A stretch of 64,000 nucleotides of DNA, taken from contig NC_087436.1 of NCBI RefSeq assembly GCF_036321535.1, positions 38,690,001 to 38,754,000 on the forward strand. Direction: 5' to 3'. The notes below the pieces were generated by a model. The model was not told where the DNA came from. It was given only the letters and a program-made list of their open reading frames with translations, and ran no database searches. Within the stretch, counting starts at the first letter, position 1, and the number at the start of each line of letters is the position of its first letter. The position numbers were made by a program, and so were the translations under genes. Shown one piece after another: positions 14,818 to 26,633 of the stretch. This DNA is from Camelus dromedarius (taxonomy: Eukaryota).

Positions 14818-15040
14818 TAGAGGTGTGCTAGCAAATGTTTAACAACTGGTTCTCCCAGGTTTAAAGAAAAAACGGAGGCCCCATTTGTACTGTTTGTTAA
14901 TTAATTTAGTATATATACCACCATCATGTTTGAATTTCAGTCTACCAACCTGACATCACATCACTGATTGTGGAGTTGGAAAGAGACAAACACAATCTGT
15001 TCTCCTAATCCGTTATGAGCTTACTCTAACACATCATTAT
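14818..15040 (+). mobile_element. hAT-Blackjack MITE (MER63A-like)
   Basis: ggtgtgctagcaaatgtttaacaactggttctc...ctaccaacctgacatcac...ggagttggaaagaga...taacacatcatt matches the recalled MER63 consensus at both ends. Confidence 0.8.
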
Positions 15041-15529
15041 TAGTACCCAACAGACAATGGCTTGCCAGAGTCACCCTGAGAGCCTATCTATTATGACTAT
15101 GTAACAGGCAGAACTGAGAGAGGTTAATTAGCTTTGTAGAATGGCTCATGACTGCCCATAGATATATTTATATATTCCTGCATTGTCTTTATCTCTCTTC
15201 TTTTAGAGCATCTACTCTCATATGCTGTCTTTCTTTAGCTTTCTGCTACATTGAGCAACTGACCTCTGCTACCACAAAGAGAAAAACAGCTTCTGCTATA
15301 GGAAGTTGGCGATAACTTTGAGCTACTTCTGCAACATGTTTCACCATTTTTTCATGCAATATTAAAAAGACGTCTACTCAGGAATGAGATTTAATAAAAT
15401 CAGTAAATGTTTCTGCTTCATCAAGGAAATTCTTCAATAAAACTTGCTAACTTGCTGTTTTCACTGAGGATATGTTAAGATGAAGAGTTCGATGACTATA
15501 AGCCTTAATTAGAACTAAATTTCCAGAAG

Positions 15530-15695
15530 TTTACCCACCCTTGCTTTTGTACCATCAAAGCAAATGTCAAAACAATTTAAAGGGCTCATAATATCTTAGC
15601 ATTATTATGAAAATAATTTTTACCTTGCAAACCCCCTTAAAGCATCTCTGGGCCTCCTGCAGGTCTATGGACAACACTTTAGGAGCTACCACTCT
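15530..15695 (+). mobile_element. hAT-Charlie element 3' end
   Basis: ttagcattattatgaaaataatttttaccttgcaaacccccttaaa...ggacaacacttt is typical of Charlie-family termini. Confidence 0.6.
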
Positions 15696-15719
15696 AGTCT
15701 AAAGTCATAGATGTCCCTT

Positions 15720-16290
15720 GGTTTGGTTATTGCAGTAGGCTCCCCACATTCATTCTGGCCATTTTGTAATCCGTTCACCAACACACAGCCAAAGTGGACT
15801 TGTACTGAAGCAATTCTAATCATGTCACTTCCTACTCGGAGCCCTCTATGATCTGGTCCCTGCCTACCTCTGCAGCCTCACCTTTCTTTTTTCTCTTCCA
15901 TCTATTTGCAGCAGCTGCACTACTAGCATCTTTCTGTTGTTCCAACACAGTGGATTCATTCTTGCCCCAAGGTCTTTGCATGTGCTTCTCTTTATATTTG
16001 TAATGCTTTCTCCATACTCCACTGACCTGCTTTACTGGACCCCTCCTGTAGCTTTAAACATAAATCTCACTGTAAGAGGCTTTCCTTATGTATTCCTTGT
16101 TAGATTAGATCCCCCATCATAAATTCTCACATTCTTGTAATTGTGTAATTAGTGTTGTACTTATTTTTGAGATCTGCCTCCTCCATGAGACCATACTATT
16201 CTCAAGAAAGAGACTGTGTCTGTCATGCTCTCCACTGTATTCCTAATATACAGATTAAGGGCTTTGAATGTTGTCTGAATTGATTGAAAG
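15720..16290 (+). mobile_element. L2 3' region
   Basis: catgtcacttcctact, tgatctggtccctgcctacctctgcagcctcac, ccccaaggtctttgcatgtgc and terminal tgttgtctgaattgattgaa are L2 hallmarks. Confidence 0.85.
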
Positions 16291-18436
16291 ATGTCATCTA
16301 GCATGAAAAAGAAGGAACTGAAAGATTATCTACATATAAATATCAGTGTGTTTGCTCCTTTGATCATGTACAACACTGACCCTTTGTACCTCAATTAATC
16401 CAGCACCAAAGTACCTCAAAAAGACTCTCAGTATTTCTTAAAAAGTGCAAACTGGAATTACAGAGAGCACATCCCTCATTCCCCCAGGAATCAAATTGGA
16501 GACAGACCAGCATGGCTGTACTCAAAATTGAAACTCCAATAATGAAGAGTTTATCATAGGGATACTTTTGTCATTCTTTAATTTCTCTTTCCTTAAAGAT
16601 GATGTCTTTCCAAGAAGACTTCTAAACTCTTCATTCAAATAGACTTCAGATGCGGGGTGTGTGAGTGACTGTTTACCAGCCGCCTAGGGCTGAGGGCTGA
16701 GCAGCCAGGGAGAATAATAAATAAACTTCAGACAATCTATAGCTATGTTCCAGCAAATATCTGAACTCTGGCAGTAAGCATAGCTCAGCCCCAAATGTGG
16801 ACTTCCACTACACTTTATCCAGTGATTTTATTATCTCATCCATTCCTCTATTTTTAGTAAAAGTATTGAAGTATGTACTAGCTCTGAGTCAAATCTGTAA
16901 CTTCTTGACTTTCTGGAAAAATTATCATACTCCCAAGCTTAACACCATGGTCAGTCTTACCTCTACAGAATGCTGTAGCTTTTCTTCTGCTAGAGGAAAG
17001 TGTGCCAGAAATTAACTCCAGGAGGCTCTGAGTTCTTTAGAGTATGCCCAGTGAGGCTTGCACATGTCTTATGCCAGGTGGATAACCAGCAGGTGACTGT
17101 ACACAGAAACCTAAGAAAGTACACTAGAAATTATAATTTTTAATATTTTTTACTTGATTCAAAAAAAGTCTAAAATAAGACTTCCCAAATTACTCCTATA
17201 AATATTCACCATTAATTCTACCCAAAATGAAATTGATGCATCTTACACAATGCAATGTATGAACAATTCATATTAAGTCATAAAACTCAGGATTGCCTGC
17301 TGATGAAAAGTGAAAGTTTTGGTTAACTGGCTAAATATTTTATTTAGTGTCTCAACTACATTTAGAATCATGTGAGACATTGTTTCCTTTTTCTATTTCC
17401 TGCAGTATTCCTCCCAAAGCTAGAGTTTGTTTTAAAAAGATAAAGATTAAACACTGCAGTGAATTATATCCACGCTCATGTGCAAACACCTTTTTCTTTT
17501 GGCTTGTCTTTGTGAATATTTGAAATCTAATATTTATTATATTGTGTTTGAAAAAGAGACAGGGTAAAATGCAGCTTGAAAAAGAGAAGATGGTAACTGT
17601 AAGAGATTTAATTACAGTGACCCACCATAACTGGGTCAGCAAGAGGCTAGGAATGAATTTGTTTGTAATGGAAATAGGAACTTTTCTGGAACGTTTAAAT
17701 AGCTGGTACTGCGCCATTGCCTTGAATATAATCAGTCATTTTGTAGATTAGGTTTGAGAAAGGAATCCCAGGTGGAAAAGTTCAAAGTAGGAGGGTAGTA
17801 TCTAGAGAATAGCTAGTGGTTGTGCTTGGAAACCTAGACGTCAAGAGACCACTGAAAGGGCTGATTGCCGAAAGGAAGAAAGCAGCAGGAATCCTGTAAG
17901 TGTGGACGTATCAAGGAATAATTCCATCCTCTGCAGCAGTTGGATGACATTGTTACTGAATGGTTTGGAATTTACCTATGTCTTTTTATATTTGCTGTTT
18001 CTAATTTATTTTTCTATTTGTACTATTTGATTTTAGGCTAATCACCCAAATGATGAGTCAGCACTCTATCATTCTGTTGTACCTCCTTTAAAGAAATTTT
18101 TGCACACAAAAGCTATAAGACTAAATGACTTGTCTATGGTGTAGTACAGACAAATTTCTTGACCTCATAAAAGCTGATTGCATGATTTGCACATTATACT
18201 GCTTCTTACTTTTGCTTTCCTTCTTGCTTCCTTTAAGCATGTTTTTTCCATTGGTAGTGCCTTCTCCAGAGCTAGAGCAAGGGGAAGGCAACACTTCAAA
18301 GTCAAGCCAGTTATGTTATTAGAGGAACACTTTGAGAAAAGTATGGAAAAATAAGAAATTACCAGCAAAGGTGAGGTTTGTAAATCACCTATGAATATAA
18401 TTGATTCGTATTACAAATTCTCTCTTTTTCTAGAAT

Positions 18437-18608
18437 ACCACTGTCTGGTAGAGCTTTCTGTGATGATGGAAATGTTCTGTATGTGTGCTGTTCAATGCAG
18501 TTACCACTAGTGCAACTGAGTAACTGAATTTTTATTGTATTTTATTTTAATAATTTTAAATTTAAATAGCCACATGTAGCTAATAGTTACTGTGCTAATC
18601 AGCAGAGC
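18437..18608 (+). mobile_element. hAT-Charlie MITE (MER3-like)
   Basis: tagagctttctgtgatgatggaaatgttct...tgcaactgagtaactgaattttt...aaatttaaatagccacatgtagcta. Confidence 0.85.
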
Positions 18609-18951
18609 TCTCAAAAATGCCTTTTAGTTATCATGCTCAGCTATACAAAATCATTTCATTAACGCCAAACATACCAATTTAGAAACCATGATTATTTGAC
18701 TTGAATTGAGCTATTCTATCATTGACTTTTTGAACTATGAAGGGAATGGCTGATAATCAGATTAATAATAAAAAAAATTGTAGATCAAAAGTTTAACTTT
18801 CATAGAGACAGGAACTCATTACAAAACCTAGTTTAGAACTATTAAAACTATTTATAAATTAATATAGATAGATAAAATTTGTAGATGACAAATCACTCAT
18901 TATTTATTGATGTGAAGAAGTTCTAAATAGACCTTTACTTGGAAACACTCT

Positions 18952-19433
18952 TGTGATGGTTAATTTTATGTGTCAACTTGACTGGGCTAAGGAAGGCCAG
19001 ATGGCTGGTAAAACATTATTTCTGGGTGTGTCTATGAGGATGTTTCTGAAAGAGGTTAGCATTTGCATTAGTAGACTGAGAATAGAGATCCTCCCTCATC
19101 AATGCAGGTGGGCATCATCCTATCAGTTGAGGGCCTAAATAGAACCTGAAAGTAAAAGGAAGGCATCTCTCTCTCTTCCTGAGCTGGGCTGTCCGTCTTC
19201 TCCTGCGCTTGGACATCAGAGCTCCTGGTTCTTGGACCTTGTGACTCTGAGACTTACACTATCAGCTTCCCTAGTTCTCAGGCCTTTGGACTCATCCTGA
19301 ATTATACCACCAGCTTTCCTGTCTCTCCATAACTATATAAGCTAATTCTGGTAATAAATCTCCTCTTATATATGTATATCTGTATATATCCTATCCTATT
19401 GGTTCCATTTTTCTGGAGAACCTGCCTAATACA
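18952..19433 (+). mobile_element. ERVL solo LTR (MLT2 family)
   Basis: Starts tgtgatggttaattttatgtgtcaacttgactgggctaagg and ends ctggagaacctgcctaataca. AATAAA present. 5-bp flanks actct/gctct. Confidence 0.95.
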
Positions 19434-19856
19434 GCTCTTTAATAAGCAGTTATTCATTTATTTGAACTATGTGCCAGACACTGGACTAGTGCTGGAGATT
19501 TTTTAAAAGACTTGCCCTCAAGAAGCTCATTTTTGTCCTAGAGATTAAATATGTATCTTTGAATTATTCAAGTTTAATATTAATATAAATATTAATATAC
19601 TTAACACCTTGAAGACATGCAAGGACATTAAACAGTGTCCCCCAGAAAAGCTCATTTTTAAAGATGTCAGCAGCATTTTATCTTATGTACTTCAGTTTTC
19701 ATACTTTTCACATAAATAATAGTGAATTTTCCCAGATTAGTATAAAATAATGGTTTTTAAGATTTTACTTAATTGTGCTTTATACTGATTATTATTTATA
19801 TGATTTATAGTTTCTTTAGTATGATATATTGGTGTATATAGTGTATATGTGTTTTT

Positions 19857-19881
19857 TATATATATATATATATATATATAT
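19857..19881. repeat. (TA)n microsatellite
   Basis: Directly visible. Confidence 0.95.
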
Positions 19882-20189
19882 CTCAAATATTTAAGGCTTG
19901 GCCTACATTTTTAGGTAACAATAAGTTTAAAACTTCCCCAACATTTAAACCATGATTTAGATTTATACATAGTAAATAGTGCAAATGTACTAAGTACTAT
20001 ATTCCTCATAGTGCTATAAGTGCTGTAAGTTTAACCATAAGAATAACCATAAGTATATGTATATAAAGAGTACTAATTTATTCTTTTAATTTCTTGCATT
20101 ATTTTAACACCTAATATTTGCTATCATAAAAAATGATTAATTGATTTGCATTTAGTGAAAGGGACTTAATATGTTAGCCTTTCCAAGAA

Positions 20190-20413
20190 TATTGAGCATG
20201 GGCTGTAGAACCAGACTGTCAAATTGTTCAACCCCCGGCTCTCTCACATACCAAATATAACCTCATCATTAAACTTATCTGTGCTTCAACTTCCTCACTG
20301 GAAAAGTAGAAAATAATATTTGTCTCTTCATAGGATCATTATGAGAATTGCATTAAAAGAATCATTAAAAGTGCTTCACATAGTCCCTGACACATGGTGG
20401 TGCTCAATAAAAC
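20190..20413 (+). mobile_element. MIR SINE
   Basis: gagcatgggctgtagaaccagactg...tctgtgcttcaacttcctca...cctgacacatggtggtgctcaataaa. Confidence 0.85.
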
Positions 20414-20506
<93 letters not shown>

Positions 20507-20509
20507 TAC
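20414..20509. repeat. Compound trinucleotide microsatellite (TAT)~15(CAT)~16
   Basis: Directly visible. Explains the poly-L/S and poly-M/I ORFs. Confidence 0.99.
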
Positions 20510-21388
20510 TATTGGGAATATTGCAGGGTAAACTAGATACACTTCAGACCCTTTATCACCTACTTAGAGGAGATATTTGAGGAGACAGAGCTTGCCAATG
20601 TTCATGCATTATTATAGTATACCAGGTATCTTCAAAAAACTAAGCTGGACTTTAAATACTGGAAAATTTTTACTCTTGGTATCCAAATTTGTAGATGAAA
20701 TCTTCAGGTATTTTTATTTCCTTATAGAATGTTAATTTATTTATCTTTTTCCTCTCAGGACAAGGTTAGAGAATCCACACCGTTTTGTAATTTTGTGCTT
20801 TATTTTAAAGAATATATATTTGATGTGGAGTCATTGCAGAAGATGTCCCCCATGTTGAAAACAAATATATTTTTCTTTGAAGGACATGTGTATATGAAAT
20901 TTGAAAATAAAGGCTTTACTCTGTGTGCCTCTAAAGCCAAGGAATGGATATATTAAAAATGGGAAACTTTTTTATATTAAATACTGCCCTAGAAAGGATG
21001 TAGTATTTGAGAACAGCTATGATCCAAAGGCATGATCAGAAATTTTCAAGTAGAGTATTGAATTAGATGTCTAAGTGCCACCATGCACTCAGTAAACATT
21101 TCGCTGGCAATGCAAATCAAATTGGGAAAACTGAGTATCTCAGTAGTGCTGCTAATTTCTCAAGCCGCAAAGATTTATATCTTTGAATTCATGCTTAAGT
21201 CAGTATTATAGTGTGTGGAATGTTCCATGAGTTTTGTTTAAACCCTACATTAAAAGATATGTACTTATAATTCCACTCCTCAACTATATGCTTATAAGGA
21301 GATTTGAAGGAAATAACAGACTCCAGATTGGAGCGCTAAATAGGGAAATGTGGGCAGTAAGTGTGCTTTGAACCCCTATTTCTCTCTT

Positions 21389-21945
21389 TGTATTAGCTTT
21401 GAGACCGTTAGCTGCTATAACAAATAAATTTACAAATTTACAGTATGATAGCTCAAATGCAGTAAACTTTTATTTCCCACTCATTTTAAGTCGAAAGTGG
21501 GAATTCCTGGTTGATGGATGGTCTTTTCTGAGCAGAATTCAGAGACCCAGGCTTCTTCCAGTTTTGGCTCCATCATTTTCAGCATACGGTTTCCAATATA
21601 ACAGGCTACTCTTCAACCAATCAAAAGGGGAAGGCATAAATATCATTAAGTGGAAAGTTTTCCTGGACCAAGCCTGGAAGTGGACCAGGCCACTTCCTCT
21701 CATATTCCACTGGCTGGAACTCAGTTACATGGCCACACCTCACTTCAAAGGGAGCTGGATGCGGGGAGGGTATAACTCAGTGGTAGAATGTGTGCTTAGT
21801 GTGCATGAGGTCCTGGGTTCAATCTTCAGGACCTTCATTTAAACAAACAAACAAACCTAATTACCTCTTCCCCCACCAAAAAAAAAAAAAATGCAAAGGA
21901 AACTGGAAGATATAGCCCAAGATATGCTCAGGATGATGGGGAACA
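21389..21945 (-). mobile_element. Old MaLR LTR (MLT1K/L-like), interrupted by a SINE
   Basis: tagctgctataacaaa, ttcagagacccaggcttcttcca, tcatattccactggctggaactcagttacatggccacacct. Confidence 0.75.
21763..21891 (+). mobile_element. tRNA-derived SINE (camelid Vic-1 type)
   Basis: ggggagggtataactcagtggtaga (A box)...gtcctgggttcaatc (B box)...aaacctaattacctc, poly(A) tail, diverged TSD caaagggagctgga/caaaggaaactgga. Confidence 0.9.
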
Positions 21946-22499
21946 GTGCTACACTCCTCTTGATAATCTACAGCCTACAGAATATAGGTTCCTCTCCTCA
22001 ATCGCTAGTGCTCTCCCAGCTCCCTCCATCACCTCTTCAATTTCTGGAGAAAAGTAGTCTATTTAATTCACAGTTATGTGTCAGCCCTGGGTGTGCATTT
22101 TAAAAGCAGAAACCTGGAGAATGATTACTCACTCCATAAGAAGACAAATGGGGTTTTGTTGTTTTTTTGTTTTGTTTTTGTTGTTATTTTGTGGGGTTTT
22201 GTTTTTGTTTTACAAAACAGAATCGAAAAATACTTTAAGCAAGCTCTTTAGTCCACAAAAAAAGGCAAACTCTAAAAACCAATAAATTATTTGGCAAATG
22301 GTGAGAGGATGCAAATTAAAGAATAGGGAGTATAAATAGCATTATTCAATTCTGGCTTTTTTCTCATGTCTTTAGCTATTCAGAGTGTAAATTATGGGCA
22401 GATTGCTATCTCTACTGGTATTAAGTAAAAGATGTACCTCAACAAGTCAACAACAGAGACCATGTGTCTTAATTCCTATGCTGAGTTAGCATGTATAAA

Positions 22500-23150
22500 A
22501 GTGGAAATCTTAAATGCAACATGTTGCAAAACCAAAATCTTAACTTTCTTTCACAGACTTGCTCTACCTACATTCTTTTCCTTCTCTCTTGATGTAACTC
22601 TATTGTAAGAGTTGCACAAGACCAAAACTTTAGAGTCATTTTTTACTTCTCTCCTTCTCTCATACCTCTTATCCAAGCCTCTCTCTTCTCTTACCCACAA
22701 AATCCTATTGGATCTATATTCAAAACACCCAGAATATGAACACTTCCTCCGATCCTCACTGCTGGATTGGGCCTCCGTCCTCTCATTTGGACTACTGAAA
22801 TAGACCCCTAACTAATTTCACTGCTTTTGCTTTTGCCTATCCAAGCACCACCTCCACCACAGCTCCCCATCTCCTCCAACACACAGAGCCTACTCTCAAT
22901 TTACGGGGTTGGGGAAGAAGCAAAAGTTGAAGCAGTGAAATTAGTTAGGGATCTATTGCAATAATCTAGGTAAGAGGCAATGAATGCTCCTATCACTTTC
23001 CCTCTCTGTCAGTCCACTTCGGCCATAATGACCTCATTGCTGTTTTTGAACAAACTAGATATTCTCTCCCCTTTTTCTCTAATGTCACCTTCTCAACAAG
23101 GCTTATCCTGAGTGCCCTATTAAATATTTCAATGTTTTCCATCCTCCTAC
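22500..23150 (+). mobile_element. L2 fragment(s), with an internal opposite-strand piece at 22918-22980
   Basis: accaaaactttagagtcattttttacttctctc, aaatcctattggatctatattcaaaa, tggactactgaaatag...taact, aatgtcaccttctcaacaaggctt. Confidence 0.8.
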
Positions 23151-23993
23151 CCAGAATTTCCAAAACCTTTTAAACCGATTTTTCTTTTTCTTTTTTTAAT
23201 TGAGATGTAAATAATATAACATTATATTATATAGTTTCGAGTGTACAGCATAGTGATTTGATATTTGTGTATGTTGCAGCATCATTACTACAAGACGTCT
23301 GGTAACATCTATTACAACATATAACTACCAAAAAAAATTTTTTCTTGTGAAGAGTACTTTTAAGATCTACTCTCTTAGCAACTGTCAAATAGGCAGCACA
23401 GAATTTTTAACTATAGTCACCATGCTGTACATTACATCCCTATGATATATTTATTTTATGACTGAAAGTTTGTACTTGTGCCTTTTGACCCCCTTTATCC
23501 ATTTTGTCCACCACTCTCCCCCTGTTCTCTGTATCTGTGAGCTTGTTTTTTTTTAAGATTCCTCATATAAATATGATCATATAGTGTTTGTCTTTCTCTG
23601 GTTTACTTATTTCACTTTGCAGAATGCCCTCAAGTTCCATCCATGTTGTGGCAAATGGCAAGATTTCATTTTTTATGACCGAATAATATTGTTATGTCTA
23701 TATACCACATTATTTATTTCTCAGTTAACATTTAGGTTGTTTCCACATCTTTGACCATTGTAAATAATTCAGTGAACATGAGGGTGCATATATTTTTTTG
23801 AATTAGAGTTTTTGTTTTCTTCAGATAAATACCAAAAAGTGGAATTGCTGGATGATATGGTAGTTCTATTTTTAAGTTTTTGAGGACCCCTCCAATACTG
23901 TTTTCCATAGTGACTGCTGCATTAACTTACATTCCCACCAGTAGTGCACAACAGTTGCCTTTTCTCCACATCTTTGCCAACACTTACTATTTC

Positions 23994-24768
23994 CATGTCT
24001 GGTAGCTCCTTTGTAAGCATCTTTGCCACAGACATCTTTGCCACAGTAATTTTTTGCTGCAAATATTTTTGCCATGTAACTACTTAGCCATAAGGCAATT
24101 TTGCCACAAAAGATAAAGTAACAAAAATAAAAGAGGGACATTAAAAAGAGATAAACATGAAACATGAGAAATTAATAATGAAATTACAGACACTTCATTG
24201 CAAAATACAAAATATTTGAATACATTTAAAATATGTGTATATTTATGGCAATACTGCACAAATAATTTATTTTACTTTATGGGTTGTGCCTAAGCACTTG
24301 TCTTCCAAGTCTTTTTTACATAGTATTTTACATTAAAAAAATTTTTTTGTTGTTCATTTATCCTTCTCCTTGTTCAGCATCACACTTTTTCTTTTTTTAC
24401 CAAAATTTCTTCCTTCATTAAGAGAGTTTCCAAATACTGGGATGCATATTTATAACCGAGCTTTGTGTTGCATTGTAAAAGCCTTCCACACTGTTGTTTG
24501 CTCTTGGAATATTGTGTCACACACATGTCTATTGATAGGCGTTCCGAAGTTCTATGGCAAATGTGGATTTGGCCTCTTTCTTTTCCAATGTAGTGTGTTT
24601 CAAAATAAAAAACCAACCAGTCATCATCTGTCATGATTTTTGTATGTATATGTCAAACCAAACTGTCAACCATTTGTTTTATTTTTATGGCAAAATTGCC
24701 TTACACCCAATTAGTTATGCATCAGAAATGCTTGTAACAAAGATCCTCATAGCAAAATTACCTAGAAC
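23994..24768 (-). mobile_element. Mutator-like (MULE) DNA transposon deletion derivative with transposase remnant
   Basis: Imperfect ~100-bp TIRs with a perfect inverted 16-mer (taaggcaattttgcca at 24091-24106 / 24688-24703). Flanks tactatttc/aattatttc (9 bp). The minus strand encodes YFETHYIG and, in another frame, FAIELRNAY..IPRANNSVEGFYNA..HPSIWKL. Confidence 0.85.
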
Positions 24769-24789
24769 AATTATTTCTTGTCTTTTTAA

Positions 24790-25409
24790 AAATTTTTAAA
24801 CATTTTTTATTGAGTTATAGTCATTTTACAATGTTATGTCAAATTCCAGTGTAGAGCACAATTTTTCAGTTATACATAAAGATACGTATATTCATTGTCA
24901 CATTTTTTCGCTATGAGCTACCACAAGATCTTATATATATTTCTCTGTGCTATACAGCATAATCTTGTTTATCTATTCTACATATGCCTGTCAGTATCTA
25001 CAAATTTCGAACTCCCAGTGTGTCCCTTCCCACCCCTCTTCCCCTTGGCAACCACAAGTTTGCATTCTATGTCTATGAGTCTGTTTCTGTTTTGTATTTA
25101 TGTTCTATTTTTTTTAGATTCCACATATGAGCGATCTCATATGGTATTTTTCTTTCTCTTTCTGGTTTACTTCACTTAGAATGACATTGTCCAGGGCCAT
25201 CCATGTTGCTGCAAGTGGCATTATGTTGTCATTTTTATGGCTGAATGGTAGTCCAATGTATAAATATACCACATCTTCTTTATCCAGTCATCTGTTGATG
25301 GACATTTAGGCTGTTTCCATGTCTTGGCTATTGTAAATAGTGCTGCTATGAACATTGGGGTGCAGGTGTCATTTTGAAGTAGGGTTCCTTCTGGATATAT
25401 GCTCATGTA
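24790..25409 (-). mobile_element. Younger 5'-truncated LINE-1 with TSD
   Basis: ORF 25221..25406(-) DTCTPMFIAALFTIAKTWKQPKCPSTDDWIKKMWYIYT. TSD ttcttgtctttttaa at 24775-24789 and 25410-25424. Confidence 0.95.
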
Positions 25410-25849
25410 TTCTTGTCTTTTTAATAATAGTCATCCTAACAGGTGTAAAGTGATATCTCATTGTGGTTTTGATTTGCATTTCTCTGATGATTTGTAATGC
25501 TGAGCATCTTTTCACTTACCTGTTGGACATCTGTATGTCTTCTCAGAAAAATGTCTATTCAGTTCCTCCCATTTTTAAATAAGATTTTTTTTTTGCTGTT
25601 GTGTGAGATATATTTGGCTATTAACCTTTTATTGGATATATGATTTGCAAAAATATTCTCTCATTCAGTAGTTTGTCTTTTCATTTTGCTGATGATTTTG
25701 TTTGCTGTGTAGAAGCTTTTTAGCTTGATATAGTCTCACTTGTTTATTTTTGCTTTTTTTGCCTTTGCTTTTGGTGTCAAATCCAAGAAGTCATCATCAA
25801 AACTGATGTCAAGGAGCTTCCTTGAATTTTCCTTTTTATGTAATAACTC

Positions 25850-26035
25850 TCTAACATATTTCATAACTTGCATGATTTTTATGTTTATTGTTTGCCTCTC
25901 TCCCAGAATGTAAACTCCACAAAGCAGAGATTTCTCTTGTCATTTTTTTTCCCATTGCTGTCTTTCCAGTGCCTGGAAGAGCACATGGCATATAACGGAC
26001 TCTCCATGAATATTTATTGTATGTTGAGTGAATTT
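25850..26035 (+). mobile_element. L2 3' end (continuation of the 22.5-23.1 kb L2)
   Basis: ttgtttgcctctctcccagaatgtaaactccacaaagcagaga...ccagtgcctggaagagcacatggcatata...gttgagtgaat. Confidence 0.85.
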
Positions 26036-26137
26036 TTCTAGACGGCAATATAACTTAAAAATTGATAATCCTATCAGTTTTAAGGCTTTCTAGTTCACTA
26101 TTACATGCTAGAGAAGTTTAATCAAAATTCTTGGAAA

Positions 26138-26410
26138 CAGTATTTCTCAAGATGTGTTTGATGGAAAATTAACTTCACAAAATACCCATGTCAGATAAGT
26201 TTCTAAAACATGGCATACTGTACCTCCCTCTTGGGGATTTGCAAATTCTATTAGTATGTTATAGTCTCTGAGATAGTCTGCTGTAAAGAAACCTGTTTAA
26301 CTGTAATCCAGCATTTCTCAAGTTTACTTAATGTAACTCTTTTGTTATGGTGCAACTATTAGCATCCAATAGAATTATTGCTCTGAAGCTTACACTGGGG
26401 AAATATTTTT
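26138..26410 (+). mobile_element. hAT-Charlie MITE (MER112-like)
   Basis: cagataagtttc...ccctcttggggattt...ctctgagatagtctgctgtaaagaaacctgtttaact...ccagcatttctcaa. Confidence 0.85.
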
Positions 26411-26633
26411 CTAGACCAGTGGTTTAAAAATAATAATATCCAGATGGGATTTAACCCAGAAATGAAAGATGGTCTCAATGTATGAAAATCAATCATCATG
26501 ATACAGTATATTAACTAAATAAAAGATAAAAGCCACATGATTATCTCAGTAGAGGCACACAAAGCATTTGACATAATCCAAAATTCTTTCATGATGAAAA
26601 ACTCTCAACAAATAAGGAATAAAAGGGAACTTC

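Larger units (their letters stand above)
23185..25820 (-). mobile_element. L1MA-age LINE-1 3' portion, split by two later insertions (L1 parts ~23185-23993 and ~25410-25820)
   Basis: The L1 3'UTR (ttttaagatctactctcttagcaac...) runs to caacacttactatttc and resumes in register at ttcttgtctttttaataatagtcatcctaacaggtgt. Confidence 0.92.

Noticed and set aside
17747..17895. Possible plus-strand exon (ttttgtag|...cct|gtaagt)
   Set aside because: Short pyrimidine tract, weak exonic donor bases, no recognisable peptide. Such pairs occur by chance.
20320..20580. ORFs with poly-Leu/Ser and poly-Met/Ile
   Set aside because: Translation of the (TAT)n(CAT)n microsatellite and MIR.
21763..21835. tRNA-Ala-like gene
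   Set aside because: Stems are mutated, and it continues into a SINE tail, poly(A) and TSD, so it is a SINE.
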